Positions 55,991 through 64,000 of a stretch of DNA of 64,000 nt are shown piece after piece. The DNA is from Candidatus Multivoradales bacterium (GTDB lineage: Bacteria; Acidobacteriota; Thermoanaerobaculia; Multivoradales; Multivoraceae). The stretch lies in NCBI GenBank assembly GCA_965223325.1, contig CBDCWI010000002.1, positions 1,792,001 through 1,856,000 on the forward strand, given 5' to 3'. Numbering within the stretch: position 1 is the first letter of the stretch; every line of letters begins with the position of its first letter. The notes below the pieces were generated by a model. The model had not been told where the DNA came from and searched no databases. It saw nothing but the letters and a program-made list of their open reading frames with translations. The position numbers and the translations under genes were made by a program.

Positions 55991-58390
55991 ATGCTTCAAG
56001 ATCTCCGCGTCGCGCTACGGGCCCTCGCACGCACGCCCACTCTCACCTTGCTTGCACTCATCACCATCGGGCTCGGTGTTGGCGCAGCGACGGCGCTGTG
56101 GAGCGTCGTGCACTCCGTCCTGCTCAGTCCGCTCGCCTACGAGGAAAGCGAGCGCCTGGTGCGCGTCTTCGCCTCCAACCCCAGCCAGAGTGTCGATCGG
56201 GCCGGCATGGCGGGAGGAGACTTCGTTGATCTGGCCAACGATGCCCGCAGCTTTGACCATGTCGGTGCCTTTCGCTGGTTCGGCGTCGCGATCACCGAAG
56301 ATGACCGCCCGCGCGAGCTCGCCACGATCATGGTCACTCCCGGTCTGCTCGAGCTTCTCGGAACTCCCCTCATTGGGCGCGGATTTCTCGAAGAAGAAGG
56401 CATTCCAGGACAGGACCGGGTTGCGGTGCTCAGTGAGGCCCTTTTCGAGGAGGAGTTTGGTGGCGACCGAGGACTGATCGGCAACACCGTGATCTTCGAT
56501 GGTGCGCCGTACCAAGTCGTAGGGGTCATGCCGCGCGACTTCGTCATGCCCGCGCCAGGCATCGAAGTGTGGCTGCCCTGGGCTTTCGAGAAGGCAGGCC
56601 AGGGGCGCCGCGCCCACTGGTGGAACGTCATTGCACGCCTCGACGAAGGTGTCGCCCTCGAAGAGGGCCAGCGCGAGCTCGAGACGTTCGCGGCTCGCCT
56701 CGAGGACCAGTACCCGGACACCAACGCCGGCTGGACGGCTCTAGCGGTTCCGCTGCACGAAACGGTCGTCGGCAACTCGCGCGCGGCCCTGGTGGCGCTC
56801 ATGCTGGCGACCCTCGGCGTTCTCCTGGTTGGTTGCGCCAACATCGCCAATCTCCTGTTGTTGCGCGGCCTCGGTCGGCAGAGTGAATTCGGCATTCGCA
56901 CCGCGCTCGGCGCCGGCCGCCTGCGCTTGATTCGGCAGCTTCTCGTCGAAAGCGGTGTGCTCGCTCTTCTCGGCGGCCTGCTCGGAGTAGGAATCGCTTT
57001 CTCCGGCCTCCGCCTGTTGATTGCCAACGCCCCCGAAGAGCTCCCGCGCGCCCAGGAGATCGCGCTCGATGCGCCGGTTCTCCTCTTCTCGCTTCTCCTG
57101 ACCCTCGCCGTCGGCCTACTCTTCGGACTCGTGCCGGCGCTGCGGCAGTCATCGGTCGAGGTCGCCCCCGGCCTCGCCTCGACACGCGGCCGCCTGGGAG
57201 GTGGCGGGCGACTGCGCGCTGGCCTGGTCGCCGCCCAGCTGGCGCTGTCGCTGGTGTTGCTCTTCGGAGCGGGGCTCTTGTTGCGCAGTTTCCAGAACAC
57301 CCTTTCTGTCGACCCCGGGTTCCATCCCGAGGAACGCGTCGCGATGCAGCTCTTCGTCTACGGCGATCGCTACGAAGATCCCGCGCAGCAGCGAAGTTTC
57401 CTCGAACGCCTCACCGAGAAGCTTGGCGCCGTGCCTGGTGTGCGGCGCGTCGGCGCGACCTCGGTCCTTCCACTGAGCGACATCGGGGGTGGTTCGGCGC
57501 CTTTCGAGATCATCGGGCGCGCCGAACCCGAAAGCGAACAAATCGGAATGCGCATCGCAACGCCCGGGTTCTTCTCCACCATGGGAATCCCACTCCAAGC
57601 CGGGCGTTCCCTGGATGAGCGCGACCGCGACGGAACCGCCCCCGTCGCCGTCATCAACAGCGCGGCTGCCGAGCGCTTCTGGAAAGACCAGTCACCGATC
57701 GGTGAACGGCTGCGGTTCGAGGGCGCCCTGGACGCCGAACCGATCGAGATCGTCGGCGTGGTCGGTAACGTGCGCGGTGCCAGCCTGCAGCGCGACCCAC
57801 ACCCGGAGATCTATCTTCCTTTCGAGCAGAACGTCACCGGAACAATGACCGTGGTGGTCGAAACCGAGGGCCCGCCCGACGCTCTCGTGCGCACCATCGA
57901 AGAGCAGGTGTGGGCGGTCGACCCCAACCAACCGATCTGGCGTACGGTGACCCTCGAGACGCTGATCGAAGACGACACCGCCTCCTCCCGCTTCCTGACT
58001 TCGTTGATCACAGTCTTTGCCGGCCTCGCCCTCCTGATCGCCGCCGTCGGTCTCTACGGCGTCATCTCCTTCTCGGTCGCCCAACGCACCCGTGAACTCG
58101 GCCTGCGAAAAGCCATCGGCGCGACCACCCGCGACCTGGTCGGCCTGGTCTTACGGCAGGGCGGCGTTCTCATCGGCGGCGGCATCGTGCTCGGCATAGC
58201 AATCGCTCTCGTTCTGGGCCGGTCACTCGAAGCACTGGTCGCACCACTGCTCTTCGAGACCCAGCCCAACGACCCGCTGACTCTGGCGGTCGTCGCGGTG
58301 GCGCTCGCGGCGCTGGGTTTGCTCGCCTGCGCGGTACCGAGTTGGCGCGCATCGCGGGTGGACGCGGTGACCGCGTTGCGTGACGACTAA
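55991..58390 (+). CDS. ADOP (acidobacterial duplicated orphan permease), MacB/FtsX-type
   Basis: MLQDLRVALRAL, GCANIANLLL, EFGIRTALGAGR, QRTRELGLRKAIGA, RASRVDAVTALR; duplicated architecture; GGAGG RBS. Confidence 0.93.
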   Translation: MLQDLRVALRALARTPTLTLLALITIGLGVGAATALWSVVHSVLLSPLAYEESERLVRVFASNPSQSVDRAGMAGGDFVDLANDARSFDHVGAFRWFGVAITEDDRPRELATIMVTPGLLELLGTPLIGRGFLEEEGIPGQDRVAVLSEALFEEEFGGDRGLIGNTVIFDGAPYQVVGVMPRDFVMPAPGIEVWLPWAFEKAGQGRRAHWWNVIARLDEGVALEEGQRELETFAARLEDQYPDTNAGWTALAVPLHETVVGNSRAALVALMLATLGVLLVGCANIANLLLLRGLGRQSEFGIRTALGAGRLRLIRQLLVESGVLALLGGLLGVGIAFSGLRLLIANAPEELPRAQEIALDAPVLLFSLLLTLAVGLLFGLVPALRQSSVEVAPGLASTRGRLGGGGRLRAGLVAAQLALSLVLLFGAGLLLRSFQNTLSVDPGFHPEERVAMQLFVYGDRYEDPAQQRSFLERLTEKLGAVPGVRRVGATSVLPLSDIGGGSAPFEIIGRAEPESEQIGMRIATPGFFSTMGIPLQAGRSLDERDRDGTAPVAVINSAAAERFWKDQSPIGERLRFEGALDAEPIEIVGVVGNVRGASLQRDPHPEIYLPFEQNVTGTMTVVVETEGPPDALVRTIEEQVWAVDPNQPIWRTVTLETLIEDDTASSRFLTSLITVFAGLALLIAAVGLYGVISFSVAQRTRELGLRKAIGATTRDLVGLVLRQGGVLIGGGIVLGIAIALVLGRSLEALVAPLLFETQPNDPLTLAVVAVALAALGLLACAVPSWRASRVDAVTALRDD

Positions 58391-58395
58391 GGACC

Positions 58396-58626
58396 ATGAA
58401 CCGCGCCGCCGGCCTGCGCCACGACGGCCGCCTCGCATGGTCGGTGTTCGTGGTCGAAGAAGAGGAGACCATCGAAGCCGCGGGAGAGACTTTCGAGACC
58501 GTCCGGGTTCGAACCGCCTACGGCACTGCCTGGCTCGCCACCCGGCCGCCCTACCTGATCAAGCGAAAAGTGGCGCGCGGCCCAAGTGTTTGGAAGCTCG
58601 AGAGCGCGACGCTCGAGGAGGAGTGA
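58396..58626 (+). CDS. Small hypothetical protein
   Basis: AAGGA RBS directly after the ADOP stop, GC3-biased codons; may be a gene fragment. Confidence 0.45.
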   Translation: MNRAAGLRHDGRLAWSVFVVEEEETIEAAGETFETVRVRTAYGTAWLATRPPYLIKRKVARGPSVWKLESATLEEE

Positions 58627-58767
58627 AACGGCGAAAGCAACTGGACAGAACCCTGGTAGGCCCGCGCTACACTGACTGGACTCATTGCCCTTCGTTTCCG
58701 GCGCTTCGTGACCGCCGGAGCCGCGGGTCCAGTCAAAGGGCCCATGTCCTGTCAAGGGGATCTACGC

Positions 58768-60336
58768 ATGGTCGACTCTCTCCTACCCTCGTCGCACCGG
58801 TCGCCTGGCAAGCGTTGTCGAGCGCCGTCGCTCACCGCCTGTCTTCTCACCGCCCTCGCGTTTCCATTGACAGTGGGCGCACAAGGTGCCGAGTCACCGC
58901 TCCTCGTCTCGGCCGAGGAGTTGGCCCGGGACCGAGCGCAGGCACTCGTCCTCCAGGTCGATACGACCGCCAAAGCCTTCGAAGAGGGGCATGTGGAAGG
59001 TGCCCGCTGGCTGCCGTACCGCGCGCTGGTGACCAACCGACAGGTCGACGGCGGCACCTTGATCAACGAGATCGCCGATCAGGAAGCGATCGTGGAGACA
59101 ATGCGCGGGCTCGGCGTGAACTCTGACTCGTGGGTCGTGCTCTATGGCCACCCCGTCCTCACGGCACGCGCCTTCATGACTCTCGACGTGCTGGGCCACC
59201 CAAGCGTTTCCATCCTCGACGGCGGTCTCGAGGCCTGGCGGGCCGCCGGGCAGACGGTTCGAACGGGTGCAGCAAGAGCGGCCGAGCCCGGCGACTTCTC
59301 GGCCCGTCCCAAACCCGCCGTGCTGGTCGACGCGACCTGGGTCGAAGCCAATCGATCGCGCTCCGAAGTCGCGCTGGTCGATTCGCGCCCGCTCGCCGAG
59401 TACACCGGCGCCGACGGCGGCATGGGAGGGCGCTTTAAAGCCGGCCACATCCCCGGCGCCGGTCACCTCTACTGGGAGGAGCTCGTCGATCCCGCGACCG
59501 GCCGCTTCCTGTCGCGCGACGCTCTGCGCCAGCGCTTCGAAACCGCCGGCCTCGACCAGGGCGACACTCTCGTCTCCTACTGCGCGATCGGTATGCGCGC
59601 CAGCGTCAACTACTTCCTCGGCCGGCTGCTCGACTACGACGTGAAGTTCTACGACGGTTCCTGGAACGAATGGAGCCTTACCGATCACGAAATCGCCACC
59701 GGTCCTGACCCCTCGGCCCCGTTCTCGGAAGCTGCGCGGCGCGACGAGGGCGGTTGGGTGTCGCTCTTTGACGGCTACACCCTGACTGGATGGCAAGCGA
59801 GTGAGAATCGTGAGTCCTGGTCAGTCGAAGACGGCACGCTCACCTGCCACGGTCCGCGCAGCCATTTGTACTTCGAGGGCGGCCCGGGCGAGGACGACAA
59901 TACGTTCACCAACTTCGAGCTGCGCGCCGAAGTCCGCACGACGCCGGGCAGCAATTCGGGCATCTACTTCCACACGCGCTACCAGGAGACCGGCTGGCCC
60001 CGGTACGGCTACGAGACCCAGGTGAACCTCACCGGCAGCGATCCCAAGCGCAGTGGCAGCCTCTACGACGTAGTCAACGTCACCGAGCAACATGCCAACG
60101 ACGGCGAGTGGTACACGCAGACGATTCGCGTCGAGGGCCAGAAGATCACGCTGACGATCGACGGTAAGGTGCTGGTCGACTATGAGGAGCCGCCCGGCAA
60201 GAAAGCACACTCCGAGGCTTTCGAACGCAGGCTCGGCTCGGGCACCTTCGCACTCCAGGCCCACGACCCGAAAAGCAAAGTCCAGTTCCGCAACCTCCGC
60301 GTTCGACGACTCGACGCAGCAGACGCAAGGGAGTAG
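58768..60336 (+). CDS. Secreted tandem-rhodanese sulfurtransferase fused to a DUF1080 (3-keto-disaccharide hydrolase-like) domain
   Basis: GHVEGA, ILDGGLEAW, GHIPGA, YCAIGMRAS, YDGSWNEWS; then WVSLFDG, NSGIYFH, GYETQVN, ALQAHDP, FRNLRVR. Confidence 0.85.
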   Translation: MVDSLLPSSHRSPGKRCRAPSLTACLLTALAFPLTVGAQGAESPLLVSAEELARDRAQALVLQVDTTAKAFEEGHVEGARWLPYRALVTNRQVDGGTLINEIADQEAIVETMRGLGVNSDSWVVLYGHPVLTARAFMTLDVLGHPSVSILDGGLEAWRAAGQTVRTGAARAAEPGDFSARPKPAVLVDATWVEANRSRSEVALVDSRPLAEYTGADGGMGGRFKAGHIPGAGHLYWEELVDPATGRFLSRDALRQRFETAGLDQGDTLVSYCAIGMRASVNYFLGRLLDYDVKFYDGSWNEWSLTDHEIATGPDPSAPFSEAARRDEGGWVSLFDGYTLTGWQASENRESWSVEDGTLTCHGPRSHLYFEGGPGEDDNTFTNFELRAEVRTTPGSNSGIYFHTRYQETGWPRYGYETQVNLTGSDPKRSGSLYDVVNVTEQHANDGEWYTQTIRVEGQKITLTIDGKVLVDYEEPPGKKAHSEAFERRLGSGTFALQAHDPKSKVQFRNLRVRRLDAADARE

Positions 60337-60405
60337 CCGAGCGGTCCCAGTCACCCGGCGAGGCACCGAAACAAACCAGTTGGCGACATGTATAGTCGCA
60401 TAGCT

Positions 60406-61857
60406 ATGCCTCCTCGCCTTGGTGCACTCCCGATTGCAACCGCGCTGCTCCTAGCGAGCACACCAGGCAACGCGCATAACCCCGCCGCGCCAATCTTCCA
60501 GGACTCCTTCGACACCGGTGACCTGTGGGGCTGGACGGTCCAACGAGGTGGCTCGGAGAACATCGGCGCCTGCCCGGTCGAGTTGGAAGAGCGCGGGCAG
60601 CGCCACTTTGTCGACCCCGGAGCTGGCAGCGATACAACTGGCGACGGGACCGCCGCCAACCCGTGGCGGTCGCTCCAGTTCGTCGTCGACGAGCGGGTTG
60701 CCTGCGTTGACCAGAGCGGCGTCCCCCACCACGCCGACGCTCCGGTCGAAGGTGGCGACACGATTGTTCTTCTTGGCACCACAGGGCACTCGGTCGCACT
60801 CGAGATCTCAGGCTGCTACAACGCCGACTACGTCACCATCACCGGCGAGACGCTTCACGAGCCGGCGCTTTCATCGGTGCACTTTCGTGGTGGTGGTCAT
60901 TGGCGCCTCAGTGGGCTTCATATCGAGAACGACCGCGGGGGCAGCCTGGTGCGGCTCGACGACCACTCCACCCACGGGCCGGTCAGCCACATCGACTTGT
61001 GGAACAACCGCTTGACCTCTGGCGACCTCACAACGATGGACGACTATACCCACCGCGCCAGCGACGGCTTCCGCATCCTCAGCCAGGGGCCTAGCCGCCT
61101 TCGTTGCAACGAGCTCTCGAAAGTCGCCCAGGCGATGAGCATCGCTGGCTCGCACAAGGACGTCATCAAGAACACCGTCGAGTACTTCACCCGCGATGCC
61201 ATTGCAACGGGTGGGCACTACAACCGCTTCCTCGGCAACCAGGTCTACGACTCGATCAGCCTCGGCGACGGCCACCACGACGATTTTTTTCAGAGCCACA
61301 TGGGTGCCAATCCCGACGTCTCGTCACACATCACGATTGCCTACAACCGCTTCATCCAGCGCTACTCCAACCAGCAGCCGGCTCTAAGCTGGGCGCCCAC
61401 GCAATGTCTGAGTGCCTTCGAAGACGGCAACAAGACCGACATTCGGATCTACAACAACATCTGTAAGACCGACCACTTCCACGGCATCACCTGGAAGGAC
61501 ACCAACAACTCGCTATTCATCAACAACACCGTCGTCGGCGGCTCCGACTACCGCGGCCTACCCCCCGGGTCGGCCAGTTGGCCGAGCCGCAGCTGGATCT
61601 CGGTCTCGGGCTCGGGCAATGTCGTGCGCAACAACCTGGTGACACGCAACAGTACCGGCGGCGACCACAACATCGAGGTCGAGCCAACGGAGCTCGACCT
61701 CTACTTCAACAACTGGGACGACGAAGACCTCTCTCTGGCCACCGGCTCGCCCGCAATCGACGCGGGCGACGCCGCCGCGGCGCCCGAAACGGACATCGAC
61801 CACCGCCCGCGCCAGGGTTCGCCTGACGTGGGCGCCTACGAGTCCAACGGGGACTGA
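60406..61857 (+). CDS. Secreted right-handed parallel beta-helix protein (pectin-lyase fold) with choice-of-anchor-Q-like tail
   Basis: GDGTAANPWRSLQ, HHDDFFQ, repeated IYNN/INNT strands, SPAIDAG..DIDHRPR..PDVGAYE; start 60388 or 60406. Confidence 0.85.
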   Translation: MPPRLGALPIATALLLASTPGNAHNPAAPIFQDSFDTGDLWGWTVQRGGSENIGACPVELEERGQRHFVDPGAGSDTTGDGTAANPWRSLQFVVDERVACVDQSGVPHHADAPVEGGDTIVLLGTTGHSVALEISGCYNADYVTITGETLHEPALSSVHFRGGGHWRLSGLHIENDRGGSLVRLDDHSTHGPVSHIDLWNNRLTSGDLTTMDDYTHRASDGFRILSQGPSRLRCNELSKVAQAMSIAGSHKDVIKNTVEYFTRDAIATGGHYNRFLGNQVYDSISLGDGHHDDFFQSHMGANPDVSSHITIAYNRFIQRYSNQQPALSWAPTQCLSAFEDGNKTDIRIYNNICKTDHFHGITWKDTNNSLFINNTVVGGSDYRGLPPGSASWPSRSWISVSGSGNVVRNNLVTRNSTGGDHNIEVEPTELDLYFNNWDDEDLSLATGSPAIDAGDAAAAPETDIDHRPRQGSPDVGAYESNGD

Positions 61858-62825
61858 CCGGCGGTCGCCTCGGTCGGCACCGACGCGTCGCCTCGGTAGC
61901 CGAGCTGCTGGCCGCCAAAGAAAACGAGCGCCGACCCGAAAACCACGTAGGGCACGGCGTGCAGAAAATCCACCAGGGCACCTGAGATGGTCATGTCCGT
62001 GCCGCTGATTCCGACCGAGTCGTTCGAGAGACCGTGGACGGCGATGGCCATGAGGGTGCTGCCTCCGACCTTGTTCCAGAAGTAGCTGATGATGATGGTC
62101 AAGAAAACAGAGACAACGAAGAACGACAGCTGCGACCGCAAGAGGGCGCCGATGCCATCGTAGGAGCCCGCCGCCTCGCGTGGCAGGTGCCAGACAGCCC
62201 AGAACAGGCCGAGTACCACCGCGGCCCGAAGAGGCGTTGCGAGGCTGTCCTGCAGAAGCGGCAGTGCGTAGCCGCGCCAACCGACTTCCTCGAGAAGGCC
62301 ACCCTGGTCGAGAAAGGCGGCACTCAGGTAGTACCAGAGAAAGGTCACCGACAGGACGTTGGTTCCCCAGCTCAGAACCGGGTTCAATCCGAAAGCCCGA
62401 TAGAGCCCGAACTCGAAGAGCTTCATGACGAGGAGGAACGCCGCCATCACCCCCCACCAGCGCACTCCCTCGCCCGCCGACACACCTTCACGCCACGGCC
62501 GCAAGCGGTCGACGAGCAGCGCGAGCCCGCGACGACCATGAGTCGCCGCCGCCATGATCACGCCGGCGATGGTGGGCGCAACAGCAAAGAGGGCCAGCAA
62601 CCAGAAGACCGGCTGAATGAGCGCCACCCGCACCACCGGCACCAGCGCCGACCCACGCCAGTGGACTCCCGCCTCCTCCATCGTGCTCTCGAGGAGCGGC
62701 CAGAAGTCACCGATCTCTTGCAGGCCGAAGAGTCCGGGAGCAAGAACGCCGGTAGCCACGATGGCGATCGGAATCGCCAGCGCGATCAGGTAGTAACAGA
62801 GGAAGGAGCGTAGCTTCGTGTTCAC
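61836..62825 (-). CDS. CPBP (CAAX/Abi-type) intramembrane glutamic endopeptidase
   Basis: EEVGWRG, FWAVWHLP, AIAVHGLSN; multiple TM segments. Confidence 0.9.
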   Translation of the reverse strand: MNTKLRSFLCYYLIALAIPIAIVATGVLAPGLFGLQEIGDFWPLLESTMEEAGVHWRGSALVPVVRVALIQPVFWLLALFAVAPTIAGVIMAAATHGRRGLALLVDRLRPWREGVSAGEGVRWWGVMAAFLLVMKLFEFGLYRAFGLNPVLSWGTNVLSVTFLWYYLSAAFLDQGGLLEEVGWRGYALPLLQDSLATPLRAAVVLGLFWAVWHLPREAAGSYDGIGALLRSQLSFFVVSVFLTIIISYFWNKVGGSTLMAIAVHGLSNDSVGISGTDMTISGALVDFLHAVPYVVFGSALVFFGGQQLGYRGDASVPTEATAGQSPLDS

Positions 62826-63068
62826 GGTTCAGGGGGCTCCTCGAGCCATGGTAGCGCTCCAGGCGAGGAGGCGGAGCGCACGGGCTACTGGTCGATCAAC
62901 CGCGGCGGTACCGAGGCCACAGGGTGGGGGTTCTCTTCCTTCGAATGCCGCCCTCCCACTGAGCGCCGCGCAGTCGAAGGCTTGGTCCCATGCCCGGAAG
63001 CGACCACCGCCAGGCTTCCTGCAGACACTCACTTCAACCAGGGCGCGGCTTACGACGTAGACTAGGGC

Positions 63069-64000
63069 ATGGGCAGACTTTCGTCCGCGCCGACACCTCT
63101 AGCGTTCGAACCGCGCTCCGGCGAGCTCTTCGTCGATGGACGCGCGCGGCGGCTGACGCACAAGGCGACCACTGTGTTTGCCCTCCTACTGGAGCATTCA
63201 GGCGAAGTGGTAACCAGAGGCGAATTGCTCGAGAGAGCCTGGGATGGCCAAGCGATCTCAGACGACGCCATGACCACGGTGATCTACGAGCTTCGCAAGG
63301 CGCTCGGCGACAACGCCCGCAGGCCACGCTACATCGAGACGATTCGAAAGACTGGCTACCGCTATATCGGCCCGGCGCCTCGAAGCGCTCCTCTGCCGGA
63401 AGAACTCGATGGCGCCCTCCCGTCACCTGACGCCTTGGCCAAGCGGAAACGCCCCATCCTGGTCGCCGCCCTTCTACTCTCGATCCTCTCAGCGTTCGTT
63501 CTCGTCTCTGGGCCCGAGAGCAGAGCAGCGCTGAGCTCGAAGCCGGCACTAGAACTGTCGAGAGCGGGCGACGAGGGTCCTCCGCGGGAGGTGTGCGACC
63601 TCTTGCTGCGCAGTGAGATTTTGTCGCGCCGCCAAACCACAGGAGCGGTGCAGCAAGCCATTGACCACCTCGAACAGGCGATCGCGCGCGCTCCGGACTA
63701 CGGAGTTCTCCATCTCGCACTGAGCGACCTCTACGCGCGACATGGGGCAGGCTTGCTCGGGCTCGATCTCGACGAGGTCCAGAGCGTCACGGAGCGCTTG
63801 ACCCGAACAGCCGAAGCGAATGGCACCGATGAAGCAGCGCTGCTTCGCGCGCGGGCGACGCTCAGCTTCCTGCGGGACCACGACTGGGAACGAGCCGAAA
63901 GAGCCTATCTGCAATCACGCGACAAGAGTTCGTGTTCCACGCCAGCGATCGATCTCGGCTACCTCCAGTTGCTCAATGCGCTCGGCCGCCTGGACGAATC
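63069..64000 (+). CDS. CadC/ToxR-like wHTH regulator with TM and TPR region, runs off window end
   Basis: Not in ORF track. MGRLSSAPTPLAFEPRSGELFVDG..LLLEHSGEVVTRGELLERAW..IYELRKALGDNARRPRYIETIRKTGYRY, a TM segment, then AIDHLEQAIARAPDY. Confidence 0.88.
   Translation, partial: MGRLSSAPTPLAFEPRSGELFVDGRARRLTHKATTVFALLLEHSGEVVTRGELLERAWDGQAISDDAMTTVIYELRKALGDNARRPRYIETIRKTGYRYIGPAPRSAPLPEELDGALPSPDALAKRKRPILVAALLLSILSAFVLVSGPESRAALSSKPALELSRAGDEGPPREVCDLLLRSEILSRRQTTGAVQQAIDHLEQAIARAPDYGVLHLALSDLYARHGAGLLGLDLDEVQSVTERLTRTAEANGTDEAALLRARATLSFLRDHDWERAERAYLQSRDKSSCSTPAIDLGYLQLLNALGRLDE

Noticed and set aside
61836-62825. CPBP 'Abi' protease as phage defence or as partner of the Cys-rich peptide
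   Set aside because: The family name is historical, it lies 20 kb from the peptide gene, and nothing links them.

Overview
GC-rich bacterial chromosome segment, most likely Acidobacteriota (Thermoanaerobaculia-like). That assignment is inferred from an ADOP duplicated permease, a wHTH-TPR regulator, IFxxGFE motifs and carboxypeptidase-regulatory-repeat proteins. About 50 CDSs are present: housekeeping genes (prkA, gloB, ilvA, proBA, msrA, chrA, RidA) mixed with many secreted hydrolases and peptidases. Several things are missed by the ORF track. (1) A DsbA/FrnE-like selenoprotein candidate has an in-frame UGA in a UxxC motif and a SECIS-like hairpin (26770-27447). (2) An IS3-family element cuts the last 11 codons, including the terminal Phe, off a TonB-dependent receptor in an ECF-FecR-TBDR cluster. 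(3) A ~3.4 kb compositionally distinct insert splits a HugZ/PNPOx-like gene and carries a secreted 6-Cys mini-protein plus a large Ig-like repeat partner; this is the best candidate for an undescribed system. (4) There is a 166-bp MITE. (5) Sigma54 promoters and ArsR, YtrA and PadR operators can be read directly from the sequence. (6) A polysaccharide deacetylase has a premature amber stop. (7) Short tandem duplications recur at gene ends. No rRNA, tRNA or CRISPR array was seen. All family calls come from motif recognition, not database searches.
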